A DNA stretch of 21,499 bases from Fidelibacterota bacterium (GCA_049975265.1 JBNGDF010000002.1:132944-154442); one strand, 5' to 3'. Shown: positions 8,683 through 18,809, counted from the stretch's first letter. Notes: a model not told the origin generated them from the sequence alone. Translations and numbers: made by a program.

Positions 8683-10872
8683 ATGAAATTAATCCAGCAG
8701 TTGTGGCGACGCTTCCAGTCATTATCCTTCAAGCGCAAATTGATCGTCATTCAGCTGATCATCGCCGTGGCGGTGATCGGTATGTTCATTATCGTACAGC
8801 TGGTTGCCGACCAGATCGAATTTCGCCGGGAGATATCTGAAAAACTTAAATCCACCGCCAATATCGTCGGGGCAAATTCCATTCCGGCACTCGACTTTTT
8901 CGATACCGAAGCGGCGACCGAAATTTTAGCCTCCCTTCATTCGGAGCCGGAAATTGTGAACGCCTGGATTTTCGACGCCAGTGAAACTCTGTTCGCCACT
9001 TTTTCCCGCAAAGGATTCCAGGATTACGATTTCCCCCTGCTGCCATCGGGCTATCACAAAGCCAATCGACGTTTTATCATCCTCTCTGAGCCGCTGATTC
9101 GGAATAATGAAAATCTCGGTTTTCTGCTGATCCGCTACAAAACCCACGGGCTGTTTTCCACCGTCCTGCAAAGTCTGATATTGGGCGCCATCGTACTGGT
9201 TCTGGGAATTGCACTGGCGCTGGTACTGTCGGTGCAGATGCAAAAAACCATCTCCAAGCCGATCCTCAACCTGGTTGAAGCGACCAAAAAAATCTCCGCT
9301 GACCATGACTATTCCCTGCGTCTTGCAAAAACCATGGAAGATGAAATCGGCACCCTCTATGAAGGGTTTAATGAGATGCTCGAACAGATCCAGCACCGCC
9401 AGCTGGAACAGGATAAAGCCGAAGAGAAACTGCGGGCAGCCCATACCATTATCAACCGCAGTCCCATTGTGGCATTTACCTGGCAAAACAAAGCCGGCTG
9501 GCCGGTGGATTATGTCTCGGAAAGTGTGCAAAATCTGCTCGGCTACACCGGTCAGGAATTTCTAAATGGTAAAATATCGTACATGCAGTGTATCCACCCG
9601 GAGGACCTGATCCGGGTCAATTATGAAATTTCAAAAAACAGCCGGCAGTCCGATGTCCGTGAATTTAAACACGAGCCCTACCGGATTATTACAAAATCAG
9701 GGTCGGAGAAATGGGTCAGCGACTGGACCTTTATCGTGCGGGATGATGATGGGAAAATCACTCACTATCAGGGCATTCTGGCGGATATTACCGGTCAAAT
9801 CCGTTTTGAAAAATTGCTCCAGGAGAGTGAAGAACGCTACCGGCTGATCTCTTCCATCGTCTCAGACTATGTCTTTTCGATTAAGGTAAATGAAAAGGAC
9901 GAACTGGACCTGGATTGGGTGGGTGGCGCTTTTGAAAAAATGACCGGTTATACCTTTCAGGAATTTAAAAAGATAGGTGGATGGCGGGCGGCGCTGCATC
10001 CCGACAATTTGAAAATTGACGATAACGATTTCAAAAAGCTGAAAGCCAACCAGCCGATTCAGTCCGAATTGCGCTTCATCACCAAAAGCGGCGAAGTCAA
10101 GTGGGTGCGCGTCTATGCTCATCCCATCTGGGATAATCAAAAAAACCGTCTGGTGGGAATCCACGGCGCCGTTCAGAATATCAGCGAGCAGAAACGCATG
10201 GAAAATGAGCTCCTCGACAGCGAAGCCCGTTATCGTCTGCTTTTCGAATCCAATCCCGCACCAATTTTTATCTACGATCGAAACAGCTACGCAATTCTGG
10301 CGGTGAATGAGGCATTTCTGCATCACTACGGCTATTCCCGCAATGAAATTCTGTCCTTGCAGCTGCCCGATCTCTATCCCGATGATGAAAAAGAAGCGTT
10401 GATAAAAATGGTCCGCCAACTCCACGGCTACAAAAAGGTCGGCGAATGGCACCATCTTAAAAAAGACGGAACTCTCATTGATATCATCGCCTGCTCCAAT
10501 GATATCCGCTACAAAGACCACGACGCCCGGGTAGCAGTCATTACCGATGTCACCGAACAGAAACAGATTGAGGAAAAAATCAAGAACCTCAATATCGAAC
10601 TGGAGCAGCGGGTCTCCGAAAGAACTGCCGATCTGGTGAATGAAATCGAAATCCGCAAGAAAATCGCCGCCACACTGGAACAGTCCCGCGAATCTCTGAG
10701 AATCATTATCGAATCCATGCCCTTTCCGGTGGTTCTGGTCAATCGTAACGGCACGATCCGGGACGTTAATCAAACCGCCCTGGAACTGTTAGGTTACGAC
10801 AGCAAAGCCGACCTCATCAACCGGGATTATCATCTGATTCATCCGGCGGAAGCGGCTTTCTCGCCAACATGA
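8683..10872 (+). CDS. Membrane sensor N-terminal half: TM-CHASE8(YfiN-like)-TM-HAMP-3xPAS-coiled coil-truncated 4th PAS; no output domain in this frame
   Basis: TM1 [19 protein letters not shown]. Periplasmic [17 protein letters not shown]...[19 protein letters not shown]2, then [12 protein letters not shown]...[20 protein letters not shown] units end in DIT, NIS and DVT, followed by [12 protein letters not shown]. The last PAS stops after about 50 aa. Confidence 0.85.
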   Translation: MKLIQQLWRRFQSLSFKRKLIVIQLIIAVAVIGMFIIVQLVADQIEFRREISEKLKSTANIVGANSIPALDFFDTEAATEILASLHSEPEIVNAWIFDASETLFATFSRKGFQDYDFPLLPSGYHKANRRFIILSEPLIRNNENLGFLLIRYKTHGLFSTVLQSLILGAIVLVLGIALALVLSVQMQKTISKPILNLVEATKKISADHDYSLRLAKTMEDEIGTLYEGFNEMLEQIQHRQLEQDKAEEKLRAAHTIINRSPIVAFTWQNKAGWPVDYVSESVQNLLGYTGQEFLNGKISYMQCIHPEDLIRVNYEISKNSRQSDVREFKHEPYRIITKSGSEKWVSDWTFIVRDDDGKITHYQGILADITGQIRFEKLLQESEERYRLISSIVSDYVFSIKVNEKDELDLDWVGGAFEKMTGYTFQEFKKIGGWRAALHPDNLKIDDNDFKKLKANQPIQSELRFITKSGEVKWVRVYAHPIWDNQKNRLVGIHGAVQNISEQKRMENELLDSEARYRLLFESNPAPIFIYDRNSYAILAVNEAFLHHYGYSRNEILSLQLPDLYPDDEKEALIKMVRQLHGYKKVGEWHHLKKDGTLIDIIACSNDIRYKDHDARVAVITDVTEQKQIEEKIKNLNIELEQRVSERTADLVNEIEIRKKIAATLEQSRESLRIIIESMPFPVVLVNRNGTIRDVNQTALELLGYDSKADLINRDYHLIHPAEAAFSPT

Positions 10873-13070
10873 GCCACGAAATCCGCACCCCGATGAACGC
10901 CATCATCGGTCTGAGCCACCTCGTGCTGCAAACCGAGATGGACGCCAAACAGTACGATTACATCACCAAAATCAAATCCTCTGCCCAGAATCTGCTGGAG
11001 ATTATCAACGATATTCTGGATTTCTCCAAAATCGAAGCCCGCAAACTGAAACTGGAGGCTATTGATTTTGACCTGGAAAAAGTCTTTCAGGACACCGCCA
11101 ATATCGTCACCTTTAAAGCCCACGAAAAAAATCTCGAAATCATCTTTTATATCGCCAAAGATGTGCCTCAATACCTCATCGGCGACCCCCTGCGCCTGCA
11201 TCAGATTCTGGCTAACCTAACCAACAATTCTGTAAAATTTACCAACGAAGGCGAAATTCACGTTCAGGCTGAGCTGCTGGAAGAGCATAACCAGTCAGTG
11301 ACCATCCAATTTTCGGTCCGGGATACCGGCATCGGGATGACCCCGGAGCAGCAGCGCAAACTCTTTCAATCTTTCAGTCAGGCGGACAGCTCCACCACGC
11401 GTCGCTACGGCGGTACCGGTCTGGGACTGGCGATCTGCAAGCAGTTGACCGAAATGATGGGTGGCAGAATCTGGGTAGAGAGTACCCTGGGAAAAGGCAG
11501 TACCTTTTTCTTCACCGCCCGTTTCGAAAAACAAAAAACCCGGAAAATCAAGCAGTTCACCCCGTCACCCGATCTGCGCGGGCTGAGAGTGCTTGCCTGC
11601 GATGACAATGAATCGTCACTCAGGCTGCTGAAAGAGACCCTCGAATCCTTCAAGTTTCATGTCGAAACCGCTCAATCGGGTGCAGCCACCCTTGAACTTC
11701 TGAAAAGGAATCGCGATAAGCCTTTACAGCTGCTGCTGGTGGACTGGAAAATGCCTGAGATGGACGGTCTGGAAACGATTCGGAAAATTCACGCCGAGCA
11801 GGACATCGCTCAAGCCCCAGCCATCATCATGGTCAGCGCCTACGGTCAGGAAGCCATCATCCGGGAGGCTGAAAAAGCCGGCACGGCTGCCTTTCTGCTG
11901 AAACCGGTCAGCTCCTCCACCCTATTCGACACCATCATGCAGGTTTTTGGCAAAACCGCTCCGAAACGCAAACGTCAGGCGGTCCGGGGACAGCAGCTGC
12001 TGGGCGAAATTGCCCGGCTGAAAGGCGCCAATATCCTGCTGGTGGAAGATAATGAGATCAACCAGCAGGTGACCGCCGAACTACTGCGCTCCATTGGTAT
12101 GAAAGTTACCATTGCCGAAAACTGGCAGGCGGCTTTGAAAAGATGCCAAAAGTCTGATATAAGCCCTTACGATCTCGTTTTTATGGACCTGGAGATGCCG
12201 GTAATGGACGGCTACGCCGCTACGAAGGAAATTCGGCGGTTGCCGAAAATTAGCACTGTTCCGATTATCGCTCTGACCGCTGACACCATGAGCGGCGTAA
12301 AAGATGTGGCGCTGGAAGCCGGCATGAACGACTATATCACCAAACCCATTGATCCTAAAGAGATCCATGAAATGTTGATAAAATGGATTCCGGTGAAAGG
12401 AAGACCATCCAAACCACCTGAACCGGAAACAGAAACAATCGCCGTCAAATCCGCTTTCCCGCCCTTGACCGGAATTGATACAGACGCCGGACTTCGCCGC
12501 GTCGCCGGCAATCGCCACCTCTACAGCCGGATTTTAAAACAGTTTGCGACGGAAAATACCGACCTGGTCAGCCGGTTAAAAGCGGCACTCTCCAGACCTG
12601 ACCGGAGTGAAGCCGTTCACCTGGTGCATGCGTTAAAAGGCAGTGCCGGCAACATCGGCACCGTGCAGCTCTATCAACTGGCGGCTTCGCTCAATGATAT
12701 TTTAATAAATCAATCGGATGATACCGACAGGATAGAGTCATTAATCCAGCAGATAGAGACCGAAATCCACCGGATTTGTGTCGCCATTACTCACACAAAC
12801 TTGCCGACAGAACTACCGCAAACCGAATCTTTCTCCGAACCTGTGCTGAGCTCCGAATCTTTTCAAAAATCAATTGCCGAATTGTATCACTTTCTGTCGG
12901 AAAGTGACGCCCGCGCCGGTGATATTTTTACCGGACTGAAAGACACGTTGAGGGCAAAAATCCCCAACCCCGATCTGCAGCAGATCGAAACTGCCATTAA
13001 TCAGTACGATTACGACGAAGCGCTTGATAAATTGAAAATTTGGATTAAATTGGAATCGGATAAGGCATAA
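10869..13070 (+). CDS. Hybrid histidine kinase C-terminal half: HisKA-HATPase-REC-REC-HPt
   Basis: Starts inside the H-box ([18 protein letters not shown]). Has N-box [24 protein letters not shown] and GGTGLGL. Two intact receivers (DD/DWKMP/KP and ED/DLEMP/KP). HPt motif [12 protein letters not shown]. Confidence 0.88.
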   Translation: MSHEIRTPMNAIIGLSHLVLQTEMDAKQYDYITKIKSSAQNLLEIINDILDFSKIEARKLKLEAIDFDLEKVFQDTANIVTFKAHEKNLEIIFYIAKDVPQYLIGDPLRLHQILANLTNNSVKFTNEGEIHVQAELLEEHNQSVTIQFSVRDTGIGMTPEQQRKLFQSFSQADSSTTRRYGGTGLGLAICKQLTEMMGGRIWVESTLGKGSTFFFTARFEKQKTRKIKQFTPSPDLRGLRVLACDDNESSLRLLKETLESFKFHVETAQSGAATLELLKRNRDKPLQLLLVDWKMPEMDGLETIRKIHAEQDIAQAPAIIMVSAYGQEAIIREAEKAGTAAFLLKPVSSSTLFDTIMQVFGKTAPKRKRQAVRGQQLLGEIARLKGANILLVEDNEINQQVTAELLRSIGMKVTIAENWQAALKRCQKSDISPYDLVFMDLEMPVMDGYAATKEIRRLPKISTVPIIALTADTMSGVKDVALEAGMNDYITKPIDPKEIHEMLIKWIPVKGRPSKPPEPETETIAVKSAFPPLTGIDTDAGLRRVAGNRHLYSRILKQFATENTDLVSRLKAALSRPDRSEAVHLVHALKGSAGNIGTVQLYQLAASLNDILINQSDDTDRIESLIQQIETEIHRICVAITHTNLPTELPQTESFSEPVLSSESFQKSIAELYHFLSESDARAGDIFTGLKDTLRAKIPNPDLQQIETAINQYDYDEALDKLKIWIKLESDKA

Positions 13071-13082
13071 ACACAGGTCAAC

Positions 13083-14177
13083 ATGACAGTAAAAAATCAT
13101 TCAATACTCATCGTCGATGATGTAGCGACTAATCTGGACCTTCTACGCTCATTACTGATTGATAAGTACAATGTCAAGGTAGCGAAAAATGGTTCTGCTG
13201 CAATTAACATCGCCCAAAACAGTCACCCTGACCTGATTTTACTGGATATTATGATGCCCGGCATGGACGGTTTACAGGTATGTAAGCAGCTCAAGAGCGA
13301 TCCGAATACCCGCGACATCCCGATCATTTTTCTGACCGCCAAAACCGAGACCGACGACATTGTTGCCGGATTCGAAGCCGGCGGTATCGATTATCTGACA
13401 AAACCCTTTAATCCCCATGAACTGCTGGCACGGGTCAATACTCAGATTCTGATCAAAGAGCAGCGCGATCTGATCCTTAAACAGAACAATGAACAGAAAG
13501 AGATGCTGCACATCCTCAGTCACGATCTGGGCAATCATTTCGCGGTAATTATGTTCGGGCTGGACCTGATGAAAATGAATACGGATAAAACGAAAGAATA
13601 TATCCGGCGCATTAAACATGCCACCCGACAGGGGATCGACGTCATCAATCTCGTCTGCGAGATGCGCATGCAAGAAGAAAAGAGCATCACTCTCGAATCA
13701 CTCAACCTGAACAGGGTCATCGGGGAATCACTTTTAGTGCTGGGCGATAGGTTCGAACAGAAGAAAATCCATCTTAATATCGATATAGCAGACGACATTA
13801 CCATCCTGGCGGAAAAACGCTCCCTGGTCAATTCAGTGATCAACAATCTGCTGACGAATGCGCTGAAATTCTCCTATGAAAACAGCCGCGTCGATATCGC
13901 CGCCGCCGAACGCGACGATATGATCGATTTCATGGTCACAGATTACGGGATCGGTATTCCCGAGTCCCATCTGAATACCATTTTTGATCTTTCCAAAAGC
14001 ACCAGCCGTGCCGGCACCAGCGGGGAAGAGGGGACCGGGTTCGGAATGTCACTAATCAAATCCTTTGTCGAAAGCTACGGCGGCAGTATCTCCATAGAAT
14101 CCCGGGATATACAACAATTTCCACAAAATCACGGTACCAAAATCACGATCCATTTCCGAAAAAGCCTCCAACCATAA
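13083..14177 (+). CDS. Cytoplasmic hybrid response regulator/histidine kinase (REC-HisKA-HATPase)
   Basis: REC motifs ILIVDD, LILLDIMMPGMDG, IFLTAK, YLTKP. H-box SHDLGN, N-box NNLLTNALKF, DYGIGI, GTGFG. Confidence 0.92.
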   Translation: MTVKNHSILIVDDVATNLDLLRSLLIDKYNVKVAKNGSAAINIAQNSHPDLILLDIMMPGMDGLQVCKQLKSDPNTRDIPIIFLTAKTETDDIVAGFEAGGIDYLTKPFNPHELLARVNTQILIKEQRDLILKQNNEQKEMLHILSHDLGNHFAVIMFGLDLMKMNTDKTKEYIRRIKHATRQGIDVINLVCEMRMQEEKSITLESLNLNRVIGESLLVLGDRFEQKKIHLNIDIADDITILAEKRSLVNSVINNLLTNALKFSYENSRVDIAAAERDDMIDFMVTDYGIGIPESHLNTIFDLSKSTSRAGTSGEEGTGFGMSLIKSFVESYGGSISIESRDIQQFPQNHGTKITIHFRKSLQP

Positions 14178-14190
14178 TCAGGAGTTCAGA

Positions 14191-17100
14191 ATGGAAAAAA
14201 TCCTCATCGTCGAAGATAAACCGGAAAGTAGAGAACTGCTCAGTTCCTACCTGAAAGCGAAAAAATACAAAACATTCTGCGCCGCGAATGGCAAACAAGC
14301 GCTGGAAATTCTGAAATCTAATCCAGTAGACCTAATCATTTCTGATATCCTGATGCCGGAAATGGACGGCTACATGCTCTGTAAAAAGGTCAAATCCGAG
14401 CCGCAATGGGCAGAGATTCCCTTTATTTTCTACTCGGCAACTTTTACCACCCGCATGGATGAAATCTTTGCGATCAAGCTGGGCGCGGCACGCTTTGTCC
14501 GCAAACCTTTAGATCCTAAGGAGTTTTTAAAGATCATTCAGGAGATTCTGCGCAGCCACAAGGAAGGCACTCTGAAAACCGCCAAATACAAATATAAGGA
14601 AGAAGAGAACGTTTTACAGGTATATAACGACCGGATTGTCAAGAAACTCGAAAAGAAAGTCGCCGAACTGGAAAACAGCGAAATGCGGCTTGCCAATGCC
14701 ATGAAAATCGCCAAAATGGGCTACTGGGAATACGATGTTGAGAAAAACTTGTTCATTTTTGATGACCATTTTTATGCCATTTACCATACGACTGCCGAAG
14801 AGGTCGGCGGCTACCAGTTGAAACCCCAGGAGTACGCCGGCAAATTTGTCCATCCTGAGGACCGTGAAATAGTCGAAGTTGAAACCCGCAAAGCCATGGA
14901 GGCGTCGGACCCCAATTTTCACCGCCATCTGGAACACCGGATTCTCTACGCCGACGGTGGTGTTGGATACATCTCGGTCACATTCTTCATCACAAAAGAC
15001 AATCAGGGACGTATCATTAAAACCTTCGGGATTAACCAGGATATTACCGAACAGAAAAAGATAGAAAAGGAACTCCTTGATAAAGAGACCCAGTGTCGGA
15101 AAATCTTTGAGGCAGCCAATGATGGCTTTCTCATTTTTGACCTGAATGGAATTATTCGCGAAGCCAATTCTGCTGCTTGTCAAATATACGGCTATCCTTA
15201 TGAAGAACTAATCGGTTTAACCGGTAAGGATATTATCATTCCCGAATATTATCATCTCTTTGAAAAATTTCTTAAGGAGACTATCAAAGGTGGGTCATTC
15301 TATTGCGAATCCATTGAACTCCGCAAAGATGGCAGCACTTTCCACTCAGAAATACGGGGTAACGTTTTCCAGCTCGAGGGTCAGCCACATCTGCTTGCCG
15401 CTGTTCGCGATATCACCGAACGGAAGCAGGCGGAAAAGGAACTTCAGGAAAGTGAAGGGCGCTATCGGGCAGTGGTGGAAAACTCCCAAAGCGGGGTGTT
15501 GATCGTTGGTGACAACTATCGTTTCACCTATGTTAATGACACTCTCTGCAAAATGCTCCTATGCCGGCAGGAAGACATTATCGGTCACGATTTTCGGGAA
15601 TTTCTTGACGAGGAGAGCAAATCGCTGGTATCCGATATGTATGAAAAACGACGCCGCGGCGAGGATATACCATCCCGTTATGAATTTAATGTCATCCGAC
15701 TGGACGGTGAAAAAAGAAGAGTCGAAATCAATTCTAAAATCGTTAAAGATACGCAGGGACGCCCCCGCATCATCGCTCAACTTATGGATATTACCGAGCG
15801 TAAAGAGGCAGAGGAGAATATCCGCCGGTTCACCGAAGGTGCCCACGCCATTCTCTGGCGGGGAAAAGTCACCAAATTGGCAGACGAATCCGCCGGCTGT
15901 CGGGGATTTGACTGGAATGTAAATTATATCAATCTGGAGAATATCAGCAAATTCCTGACATTGGCAGAGGATACCGGCAAAAACCTTGAAGAGCGGTATC
16001 ACAACAGCATCCTCCCGGATGACCAACTGACAATGGAAAAGACCAGTTCACAGGCTCTGCAAAGCAATGCAGATGGATACGAGCATGAATTCCGTCTGGA
16101 AGATGCCAAAGGAAATCTGCACTGGATGCACGAAGATGTCCGGATCAACAGACTCGATGACACTCACTTTGAGCTGATTGGATTTACCATTGACATCAGC
16201 GAAAGCAAACGGATGGAAACCGAAAAAAGGGCGTTGGAAACACAGCTGCTGCAGTCCCAGAAAATGGAAGCCATCGGTAAACTCGCCGGAGGTATCGCCC
16301 ATGATTTTAATAATCTCCTGACCGTTATTATGGGCAATGCTCAACTGGTCATGATGAAATATCAGGAAAACGACTCCAATTACCATGAATTAAAACAGAT
16401 TCTCAACGCCTCAACAAGAGCCGCCAATCTCACCAAACAGCTGCTCCTCTTCAGCCGTAAACATGCAATGGAGATGAAAACCATTAATCTCAACAAAACC
16501 ATCTCCGATCTGCTTAAAATGATCAAACGTCTGATCGGTGAAAATATCAACATTGTGACCGAGCTGGAGGAAAATCTCTGGAATATCGACGCTGACGAAA
16601 GTAATCTGGAACAGGCGCTGGTTAATCTGGTGGTCAATGCCAGCGACGCCATGCCAGACGGCGGAACATTGACCATCCGAACCGAGAATGCCCTGTTCTC
16701 GGAAGCGGAGAGCAAAACCATCCGCTATGGAAAACCGGGTAAATTTGTCCACCTTTCCATCACCGATACCGGTGGCGGAATTCCTGAGGAGATGCTGGAT
16801 CAGATATTCGAGCCATTCTTCACCACGAAAGAGGTAGGCAAGGGAACCGGATTGGGACTTTCCGTCGTTTATGGTATTATTAAAAAACACAACGGCTGGA
16901 TCGATGTCCAAAGTGAAGTTGACAGCGGTTCTGTCTTTGATATCTATCTGCCCGCCAGCGATTCGGCGACATTTGAGCCCCGAGTATCCGATATTCAGCC
17001 GGAGTATGCCCACCGTGGAAACGGTGAAACCATCCTAATCGTAGAGGATGAAAAAGACCTCCTGGATTTCACCGCGGCACTACTCCGTCAGAATGGATAC

Positions 17101-17406
17101 ACTCCCCTCGCCGCCCGGAATGCCGGTGAGGCTTTAGAACTGGTGGCAAAAGAGAAAAACAACATCAAGTTGATTATCCCGGACATTGTCCTGCCCGACA
17201 CCAACGGTCTGCAGCTGGTGGATCAGATTTTGTCCCGGTATCCGGGAATCCCCACTATTTTCTGCAGCGGTTACTTCCAAAAGAACATCCTAGATACCAT
17301 CCGGCAATCGCAAAACTTCCACTATATCCAGAAACCCTTTCAGGTGAATGTCCTGCTCGCCCGGATTCACAACGCCCTCGCCGCGCAAAATCAGAACCGG
17401 AAATAA
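14191..17406 (+). CDS. Cytoplasmic hybrid sensor kinase REC-4xPAS-HisKA-HATPase-REC (CckA/NtrB-like kinase core)
   Basis: RBS AGGAG. REC motifs ILIVED, SDILMP, KP. PAS/PAC units end in QDIT, RDIT, MDIT and IDIS. Kinase motifs QSQKMEAIGKLAGGIAHDFNNLL, NLVVNASDAM, DTGGGI, FEPFFTTK, GTGLGL. C-terminal REC with ED, DIVLP, KP. Confidence 0.94.
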   Translation: MEKILIVEDKPESRELLSSYLKAKKYKTFCAANGKQALEILKSNPVDLIISDILMPEMDGYMLCKKVKSEPQWAEIPFIFYSATFTTRMDEIFAIKLGAARFVRKPLDPKEFLKIIQEILRSHKEGTLKTAKYKYKEEENVLQVYNDRIVKKLEKKVAELENSEMRLANAMKIAKMGYWEYDVEKNLFIFDDHFYAIYHTTAEEVGGYQLKPQEYAGKFVHPEDREIVEVETRKAMEASDPNFHRHLEHRILYADGGVGYISVTFFITKDNQGRIIKTFGINQDITEQKKIEKELLDKETQCRKIFEAANDGFLIFDLNGIIREANSAACQIYGYPYEELIGLTGKDIIIPEYYHLFEKFLKETIKGGSFYCESIELRKDGSTFHSEIRGNVFQLEGQPHLLAAVRDITERKQAEKELQESEGRYRAVVENSQSGVLIVGDNYRFTYVNDTLCKMLLCRQEDIIGHDFREFLDEESKSLVSDMYEKRRRGEDIPSRYEFNVIRLDGEKRRVEINSKIVKDTQGRPRIIAQLMDITERKEAEENIRRFTEGAHAILWRGKVTKLADESAGCRGFDWNVNYINLENISKFLTLAEDTGKNLEERYHNSILPDDQLTMEKTSSQALQSNADGYEHEFRLEDAKGNLHWMHEDVRINRLDDTHFELIGFTIDISESKRMETEKRALETQLLQSQKMEAIGKLAGGIAHDFNNLLTVIMGNAQLVMMKYQENDSNYHELKQILNASTRAANLTKQLLLFSRKHAMEMKTINLNKTISDLLKMIKRLIGENINIVTELEENLWNIDADESNLEQALVNLVVNASDAMPDGGTLTIRTENALFSEAESKTIRYGKPGKFVHLSITDTGGGIPEEMLDQIFEPFFTTKEVGKGTGLGLSVVYGIIKKHNGWIDVQSEVDSGSVFDIYLPASDSATFEPRVSDIQPEYAHRGNGETILIVEDEKDLLDFTAALLRQNGYTPLAARNAGEALELVAKEKNNIKLIIPDIVLPDTNGLQLVDQILSRYPGIPTIFCSGYFQKNILDTIRQSQNFHYIQKPFQVNVLLARIHNALAAQNQNRK

Positions 17407-17490
17407 TCACCGAACCCGCCTGACCGGGAGAAAAATATTTATACCCTCTGAAACCTCCCGTTACAGAATACCCGGCAGAATATCCTCTTC

Positions 17491-17505
17491 CTCTGTGTCT
17501 CTGTG
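17491..17505. repeat. Short tandem repeat CTCTGTG-T-CTCTGTG in the convergent intergenic gap
   Basis: Two CTCTGTG copies at 17491-17497 and 17499-17505 (reverse strand CACAGAGACACAGAG). Confidence 0.4.
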
Positions 17506-17519
17506 GTAATAATATCCGG

Positions 17520-18809
17520 CTAAAAATCGTACCGCAGTTTCAGATAGAGATTGTCGTTCTGATCAAATTGCCCAAAAATCGTATCCGCTCCCCCGCCCAG
17601 AATATCGGCACCGAAAGTAATGGTGAAGCTGTCGGCAAATTTCCAGTCGAGGGATATGCGACTGAGATAGGAATCGTTACTGAAATTGTACAGCACCAGC
17701 CACATCGGCAGAATCGTCTCATTGCGGAAACTGCCTTTCAGCAGGAGAGTTCCCAGATTTATCACCTCGTCTTTCAGAAGCGCCTCCTCATAATCCAGAA
17801 TACGCTCCTGAATCGCCTGTGCAGCGACATTCAGATCGGCGGTCAACTGATATTCAACGCCGACCATGCCTTGGAAGAAGGGTTTTTTCACCAGTAAACC
17901 GTCCGCCTGTGCGGTAAAATCCATAGTATCGTACCACCGCTTCGGATAGTAGCCGCCTTCTCCGCGGATAACCCACATCCCCATAGGACGCGAAAAATTC
18001 AGCCCATAAAAGGTAAACCAGGGATGCGTCGGTGTGACCTGCATTTCAATTTCGTCATGCGAACTGGATGGATCAGTAACAATTTCCTTTTGCATGACCG
18101 GCTGATCTTCCCTGGCTTTAAAATAGATTAGCGAAATATCCGTTCCCAATAGAAACATATTCAATTTCAATCCATACTCGAAATTCTTCACGGAATATTC
18201 CGGCAGAGATGATTCAAGATACACCATCGGGATATTCATCATTTGACGCATCGAGGCTTCCGGGTGGGGTATCGCCACTGAATCCGGTCGCCGAAACGCC
18301 CAGTTGCCCCGATAATCAATATTCATAGGGCGAAACTCCGGGATTACCAGCAGCTCCAGGGATTGATTGCCGTGATGAAATCGCGTGTTCAGCATCGTGG
18401 TCGCCGTGCGGATATCATCAAAATCCTGCAATAAAAAGAGTGACAAATCCAGCGGATTGACAATATCGTTAATAAAATAACCGTCGGCTTTGCCCCAGAC
18501 CACCTGCTGTTTCCCGATCCGGAAATCCACCCAGGAGCTGTAAACATCCAGATAGGCTTCCCGTAAATTCAGCTCCGTCGTATTGTCCACCACCGCATCG
18601 TTCAGAAAATCAACCGACGCAAATCCGTAAACATCGCCATTCCAGAGCTCGGAATTCAGGCGCAGGCGATTGCGCAGAACCAGGGCGTTATAAGGTTCAG
18701 TGGTCCGAAAGGCGCTGTGATGACGAAACAGTCCGTGATATTCGATTTCCGCCCATAGAAAATTCAGACAAGCACAAAGCATCGCCGCCAGAATCAGACT
18801 GCGTTTCAT
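17520..18809 (-). CDS. DUF1302-like outer-membrane beta-barrel protein
   Basis: Signal peptide, LREAYLD, FRIGKQQVVWGKADG...DIVNPLD, VIRGEGGY, and a C-terminal FGQFDQNDNLYLKLRYDF beta-signal. ATGA overlap with the upstream gene. Confidence 0.8.
   Translation of the reverse strand: MKRSLILAAMLCACLNFLWAEIEYHGLFRHHSAFRTTEPYNALVLRNRLRLNSELWNGDVYGFASVDFLNDAVVDNTTELNLREAYLDVYSSWVDFRIGKQQVVWGKADGYFINDIVNPLDLSLFLLQDFDDIRTATTMLNTRFHHGNQSLELLVIPEFRPMNIDYRGNWAFRRPDSVAIPHPEASMRQMMNIPMVYLESSLPEYSVKNFEYGLKLNMFLLGTDISLIYFKAREDQPVMQKEIVTDPSSSHDEIEMQVTPTHPWFTFYGLNFSRPMGMWVIRGEGGYYPKRWYDTMDFTAQADGLLVKKPFFQGMVGVEYQLTADLNVAAQAIQERILDYEEALLKDEVINLGTLLLKGSFRNETILPMWLVLYNFSNDSYLSRISLDWKFADSFTITFGADILGGGADTIFGQFDQNDNLYLKLRYDF

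Larger units (their letters stand above)
8683..13070 (+). pseudogene. Single unorthodox sensor kinase gene split by an out-of-frame deletion or frameshift near 10850-10868 (real lesion or assembly error)
   Basis: The conserved F-L-A-N residues preceding the H-box Met are encoded at 10857-10868 in the downstream frame. The upstream frame reads through them as FSPT-stop. The 4th PAS and the pre-HisKA helix are missing. Confidence 0.65.

Noticed and set aside
9862..10773. 303-aa minus-strand ORF inside the PAS sensor gene (and similar shadows at 8079-8645, 8926-9531, 14614-15183, 16411-17013)
   Set aside because: Antisense shadows expected from codon bias. The sense-strand genes carry all the conserved motifs.
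10840..10872. Programmed ribosomal frameshift joining the two kinase halves
   Set aside because: No slippery heptamer or homopolymer run at the junction. A simple shift would still leave a half PAS and no pre-H-box helix, so a deletion explains it better.
12115..12135. AENW instead of the usual AENG in the second receiver, as a sign of pseudogene decay
   Set aside because: A single substitution at a non-catalytic position. All catalytic receiver residues remain, so it is not sufficient evidence.
17425..17460. CGGGAG...CTCCCG inverted repeat as a terminator between convergent operons
   Set aside because: Only a 6-bp stem with a 24-nt loop and no proper U-tract on either strand.
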